DNA of 64,000 bases from Marsupella aquatica. Taxonomy: Eukaryota; Plantae; Marchantiophyta. Below the pieces are notes generated by a model that did no database searches, was not told the DNA's origin, and was given only the letters and a program-made list of their open reading frames with translations. Within the stretch, counting starts at the first letter, position 1. Each line of letters begins with the position of its first letter. The position numbers and the translations under genes were made by a program. Shown here one piece after another: positions 59,301 through 64,000 of this stretch. The stretch spans positions 19,140,022 to 19,204,021 of the forward strand of contig OZ316895.1 in assembly GCA_973895155.1 (NCBI GenBank), written 5' to 3'.

Positions 59301-61910
59301 TACCTCCACTTAAAAATTTACCAAAATTGGAACCCAAATAATAATACCAAATTACACTAAGTTATCCTTATTTAAAATGCTAAGCCTTCCCTTTCAACTA
59401 AATTCAACGCATCATTTTTATCTCCACAAGAACTAAGCATTTTTACCACAATAACATCTCATCATTACCATCACAACAAAATAATCCAAACTCATCATTT
59501 ATTTCATTTATTCTCAAAATAAGAAGTTTTGGTTTGGGTTTACAAAAGTGTTTATTCGGTGGCTCATCTCCTAACTTAGGTCTCCATACTAAACTCAGTT
59601 CAGATCATCAGGTCAAGACTCGTCCTCAAGCTCATCAATGGTTTCCCCCAAGCATTTTGTACACAACTTTAGCCTCCGGCAAGCTTCCTTCATGTCCTCG
59701 TTTCTCTTGCACTCATCCTCTTGACCCTTCTTCTTCCTCTCCTCCAGTTTCCAGTCCCACAACAAAAAAAACTTACGGCCGGTAACCTCAAACCCCATGG
59801 TAATGGACAATCCCTAGTCTAAAGATGGACCCAATCACCGGGTTCCACTCATCAAAAGAAGTCAATTTCCTTATCTTAAATTCACAACAAAAACTCCAGA
59901 ACATCAAATCTATAGTGGTCGGGGTGATCCATAACTCTAGTTGAAACTTCTTTACAAACTTCATAAAACGGCTTGACATTCTCCCTTTGCTGGCTGTTAT
60001 TCACCCTCGATTCTCATTGAGTTTTAAGTATCCACCATGGCTCTCCACCTCTTAACTCTTATTTCTTCCTCAAACCTCCTTCTAAAGATAGGTTTTCAGC
60101 TTCTCTGGCCCTCCTGTTTTCAGTCAATGTTTTAAACTTTATTTCACAGTCCACCCCATGTTTACTCCCTTTTCAGCCAAAGAGCTTCAAAGCTCTAACA
60201 CTTTCCTCTCTTTAGAAGTCAAACTCCTCCATCGCCATTCATCTTTCCAGTGCCTCATTTTCCATGGTCTAAAATATTATCAGGGTTGCTATAGCTTTGA
60301 CCTTCGATCTCGCCTTCATTCAACTTGCTCACCCGAGGGCTCTTTCCGCAATTCCCATGTTCAGCAGTTCACTCTCCTCTCTTATGAACCTCCGTCGTCT
60401 TTCAACCTTCTCTTGTCTTTCTCTTGTTTCACATGAAAAAGCTTTCTGATGCTATTATTTCTCCTTGTTTTCTCGTGAACGAAACTAAATCCCGCTTCAT
60501 ATTCTCACTTGGAGTTCACTACATTCATTTCGCAAACCTGATTCAATCCCTCTTTGTTCCTAATGTTCCCTTCTCTCTTTTTGCCTATTCACCTCAACAT
60601 TTATCATTGCCCTTTCCATTCCCTTTCTTCAGCCAAAATCCTCTAATCACTCAAAAGCTCAGAACCAGATCGCGCGCCTCACTTTTCACTCCCAGACCAT
60701 CGATTTTCCACTTTCTCATCTGAATTCTTATCGAGAGCTTCCCTTCACAGACCCACCTCCTTTCTCCCACTCATTTCTTTCCGAGCATCTTCAGCTTTTT
60801 CTCAGCTTAACGTTCATCTGACTTTACCTCTGCCATCGAAACTTGCTCCTGCATTTCAGAATGTTTTCTCCGAAGACTCCATTGTTCGCGTAAGCTCACA
60901 CATCTCAATTTCTTTTTCTCCCTCGATCGCTCAAATTTGAATCATCTTCCCTTTTCCTTGTTCTCACAGGTGTAACTCTACAGGTTCCACATTCCACTCC
61001 TCCATAAGAACGATCCACGTTTGCTCACAAAGGTTCTTCACTTCGACCTCTAACAACGGCTTGCACTCCAGAAAATTGCTCTATCTGCTTGTCCACATCT
61101 GCACAGGACGCCATGGCTCTTGCCCTCCTCCTCTTGTCATTTCCATGTCACTCCCTCGAGTCTCAACAAAATCTCCGCCTTAATTCCGATTCCCACATCT
61201 CACAAAAAGAAACTTTCCTGCTTGATGTGCTTACCCACATACCTCAGCTTCAATTCCTCCCTGGATCACTTCAATTGCTTATCATCGTCCCTTTCCATTT
61301 CCCCTTTTCTGATGAAGTCTCCAAGTCACTCAAAAGCCCTGGACTCTGATCACACGCGCACACCTTCCCAGTTCATTGATTTCCACCTCTTTCCTGAACT
61401 CCTCTCGAGAGCTTTCCTTTACAATCGTTTTCTCCTTTCAACTCTCCAGCGTCGTTCTGCTATGCCTTTTCTCTAAAAATTTCCTTTTCTTTCTCCTTAA
61501 AAATGATCGACAACCTTATCGCGCGTTTCAGCATTACCCCATGAAGTTCAAAATTCCCCCACCATCACTACTCGGTCGAATCCCACTTCTCTTTCTTCCT
61601 AAACTCTCAAATTTAGCATCCTTGCCCTTCTTTGCCTCCCCCTACCTGTCGACTCTTTTGCAAGAAAAATCCTTCTAACTGCCTTCCTTCTTTGGCCGTT
61701 TCTCCTTCTCTTTGTCTTGCGCTCCATTCCAAACTGACCCTTACGAGATGTGCTCACGGGACGCCACGTGTCTGAACCACAATAATTGCCTTAATCTCCT
61801 TTAGTCTAAGCTTCATTCTCCACTCTTTATTCCTCTTTTGTCACACTAACCTTCAACTCAAGTTCAGTTTCCTCTTTGTTTCTTTCCTTCACAAACAGAG
61901 AACTATTACA
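59300..61910 (-). repeat. Long Gypsy-type LTR related to 18404-20265
   Basis: Homology at the LTR start (gacaaaaga...gtggtt..gacacgtgg) and at the coding-like block 59613-59979. The minus strand begins TGT at 61910. The left boundary is approximate. Confidence 0.65.
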
Positions 61911-63732
61911 TGGGAAAGCTAAAGATCTGTTGGGCCTGAACTTGGAGCTTCTTTTGTGGGGAGGACCCTCTTTACTAACAAACTTGGTGCATGAGCTGAA
62001 TCAAGCAATGGCTTTAGGTTTACCTAAAGCTTGGATGACCAGAAGAGTGGTGCCTATCTTCAAGGCAGGCAACAAGGACGATGTGCACAACTACAGAACC
62101 ATCATGGTAGGCAATACTTTTGCTAAAGTTTTGGGAGGACTACTTGAAGCCAGATTAAGCTCTTGGTTGGAGAGTGAGATGAAAAGGGCACCTTCACAAG
62201 CAGGTTTTAGGAGAGAATTCAGCACTATGGATCACATTCTCTGCTTGAGGGTGTTGTGTGAAAAGGCCAAATCTCCACATAAACCATTATTTTGCTTGTT
62301 TGTGGACTTCTCCAAGGCCTTTGACAAAGTTTCCCGATCCAAGCTTTGGGATAGGATGGTGGAGTTGGAAGTGCCTGAAGAGCTCAGGTTGGCTGTTTCT
62401 AAATTGTACCAAGAAGTGCGCATCAAACTTTCAAAGGAAACCTCTGAAGAAATCTGGAGCACTCTTGGGGTGATCCAAGGTTGTCCTCTCTCACCAACTC
62501 TCTTTGGCATCTTCATTGATCAGCTACACAACATTTTGGAGGAGCATGGTGGAGTTGGCACTCAATTGGGTAGGTTTGTCCTCCAACTTCTTATATTTGC
62601 AGATGATGTGGTCCTACTTGCTCATGCTCAAGAAGCTTTGCAAAGACATCTCAATGCCTTGGAGGAGTTTTGTCAAGCAACAGGGATGGTAGTCAACCTC
62701 AAGAAGACCAAGTGTTTGGGCATTGGCACACGACAAAATCCAGAGCTCTACTTCCAAGGGAATCTGGTGGAATTTGTGAGGACCTACAAATACCTTGGGG
62801 TGGAGTTCTCTCAAAACTTGAGTTGGGCCTCATGTGTAAAATCTAGGGCTGCCAATGGGTACAGAGCTTTTTATGCATTCATGAACAAATGCAAAAGAGC
62901 TGGTCTACACACTTGGAGGTTAAGGAAACATCTCTTTGGAGCTTTGGTGAAACCAGTCATTCTTTATGGAGCACCAATTTGGGGAGCAGGTGTGTCTAAA
63001 TCTGGGTGGCAACAGATTGAGGGGCTGCAAAAGCTATTTCTTGAGATGGAGCTTGGGATCAAGTCACAAACCCCATATGCACTTACACTTGCAGAGGCAG
63101 GCTTGTTTCCTTTGGAGGTGGAGGCACTCTTCCACACACTCAAATACATCATGCGTGTAAGAGAGTTGGAGGAAAACAGATTTCCTTTTCATGCCTTGCG
63201 CTCATCTTCAGCTAAAGGGTGGTATGCAGATGTGTGCAGGTGGGCCCATGCTTGGGATTTTCCTGAACATGAATGGCCAACACACCCAACCAAGCTAAGA
63301 GCAAAACTTGAGCAAAAGGCTTTGCACAAACTTTGGCATGAACCTAGCCCACGGCAGCAATACTACATGAGAGATGTGAACCCCATGAAGAAATATCGAG
63401 AACAAGAATACTTATCTAGCACTATCTCAGTACAACTTAGACAACTTATTGCTCAGTATAGACTAAGCTCACACCACCTTGAAGTAGAACAAGGGAGATG
63501 GAAGGATATTGACAGGAAAAAGAGGGTTTGTCAACTATGTGATAGCTCTAGTATAGAGAATGAATATCATGTATTCATTGCTTGCAAGTTTTATGAGGGG
63601 GTTAGGATGGCATCTCAAATCTTGGTGAAAGATTTGTATGCATTGTTTGGTCTGCCCCCCCTCAGCAACTTGGAAGATATATCTTTGCGGTGGATAGGGA
63701 AAGGAGAATAGGTTTGGAAAATCTTTCAGGGC
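61908..63732 (+). mobile_element. 5'-truncated young copy of the RTE-X-like LINE
   Basis: Nearly identical to 35680-37502; I see two substitutions and a C5-to-C7 homopolymer change. It lacks the stop codon and 3' UTR. Confidence 0.95.
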
Positions 63733-63745
63733 CCTAAACCCTAAA
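63732..63745 (-). repeat. Two plant telomere units (TTTAGGG)2
   Basis: ccctaaaccctaaa. Confidence 0.8.
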
Positions 63746-64000
63746 CTATGTCCTCAAAGAAACTATGGACCTAGAGAGCCCTATGGACCTAGAGAGCCCT
63801 GAAAGATTTTCCAAACCTATTCTCCTTTCCCTATCCACCGCAAAGATATATCTTCCAAGTTGCTGAGGGGGGGCAGACCAAACAATGCATACAAATCTTT
63901 CACCAAGATTTGAGATGCCATCCTAAACCCCCTCATAAAACTTGCAAGCAATGAATACATGATATTCATTCTCTATACTAGAGCTATCACATAGTTGACA
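63746..64000 (-). mobile_element. Inverted copy of the LINE ORF2 3' end, running off the window
   Basis: Reverse complement of ~37300-37534, with an 18-bp tandem duplication at 63763-63798. Confidence 0.93.

Overview
Eukaryotic, transposon-rich land-plant DNA. A non-seed plant is my inference from the RTE-X LINEs, the PHD-integrase Gypsy and the gene sequences. There are four host genes: a P-class PPR gene (At5g02860/PPR10-like, minus strand), a 5-exon TRAPPC12 gene, a 2-exon trihelix/Myb-SANT factor, and a single-ORF 2331-aa MED12 (minus strand). The rest is nested retroelements: a decayed Gypsy carrying a full Copia insertion (GAGCG TSD), a second Copia copy, Gypsy RT and integrase-PHD fragments, a 3.7-kb non-coding LTR element primed by a half tRNA-Ile, and an RTE-X-like LINE family (one intact copy plus several truncated ones). 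Most notable observations: (1) a U6 snRNA fused directly to a 5'-truncated RTE-X LINE (23735-24810), the architecture of mammalian U6/L1 chimeras; (2) two small coupled ORFs with synonymous-biased divergence inside long Gypsy LTRs; (3) a tail-to-tail LINE fold-back with two TTTAGGG telomere units at the junction; (4) LINE ORF1 and ORF2 in one frame separated by a single TGA. All identifications come from reading the sequence and from recalled consensus motifs; no database searches were run.
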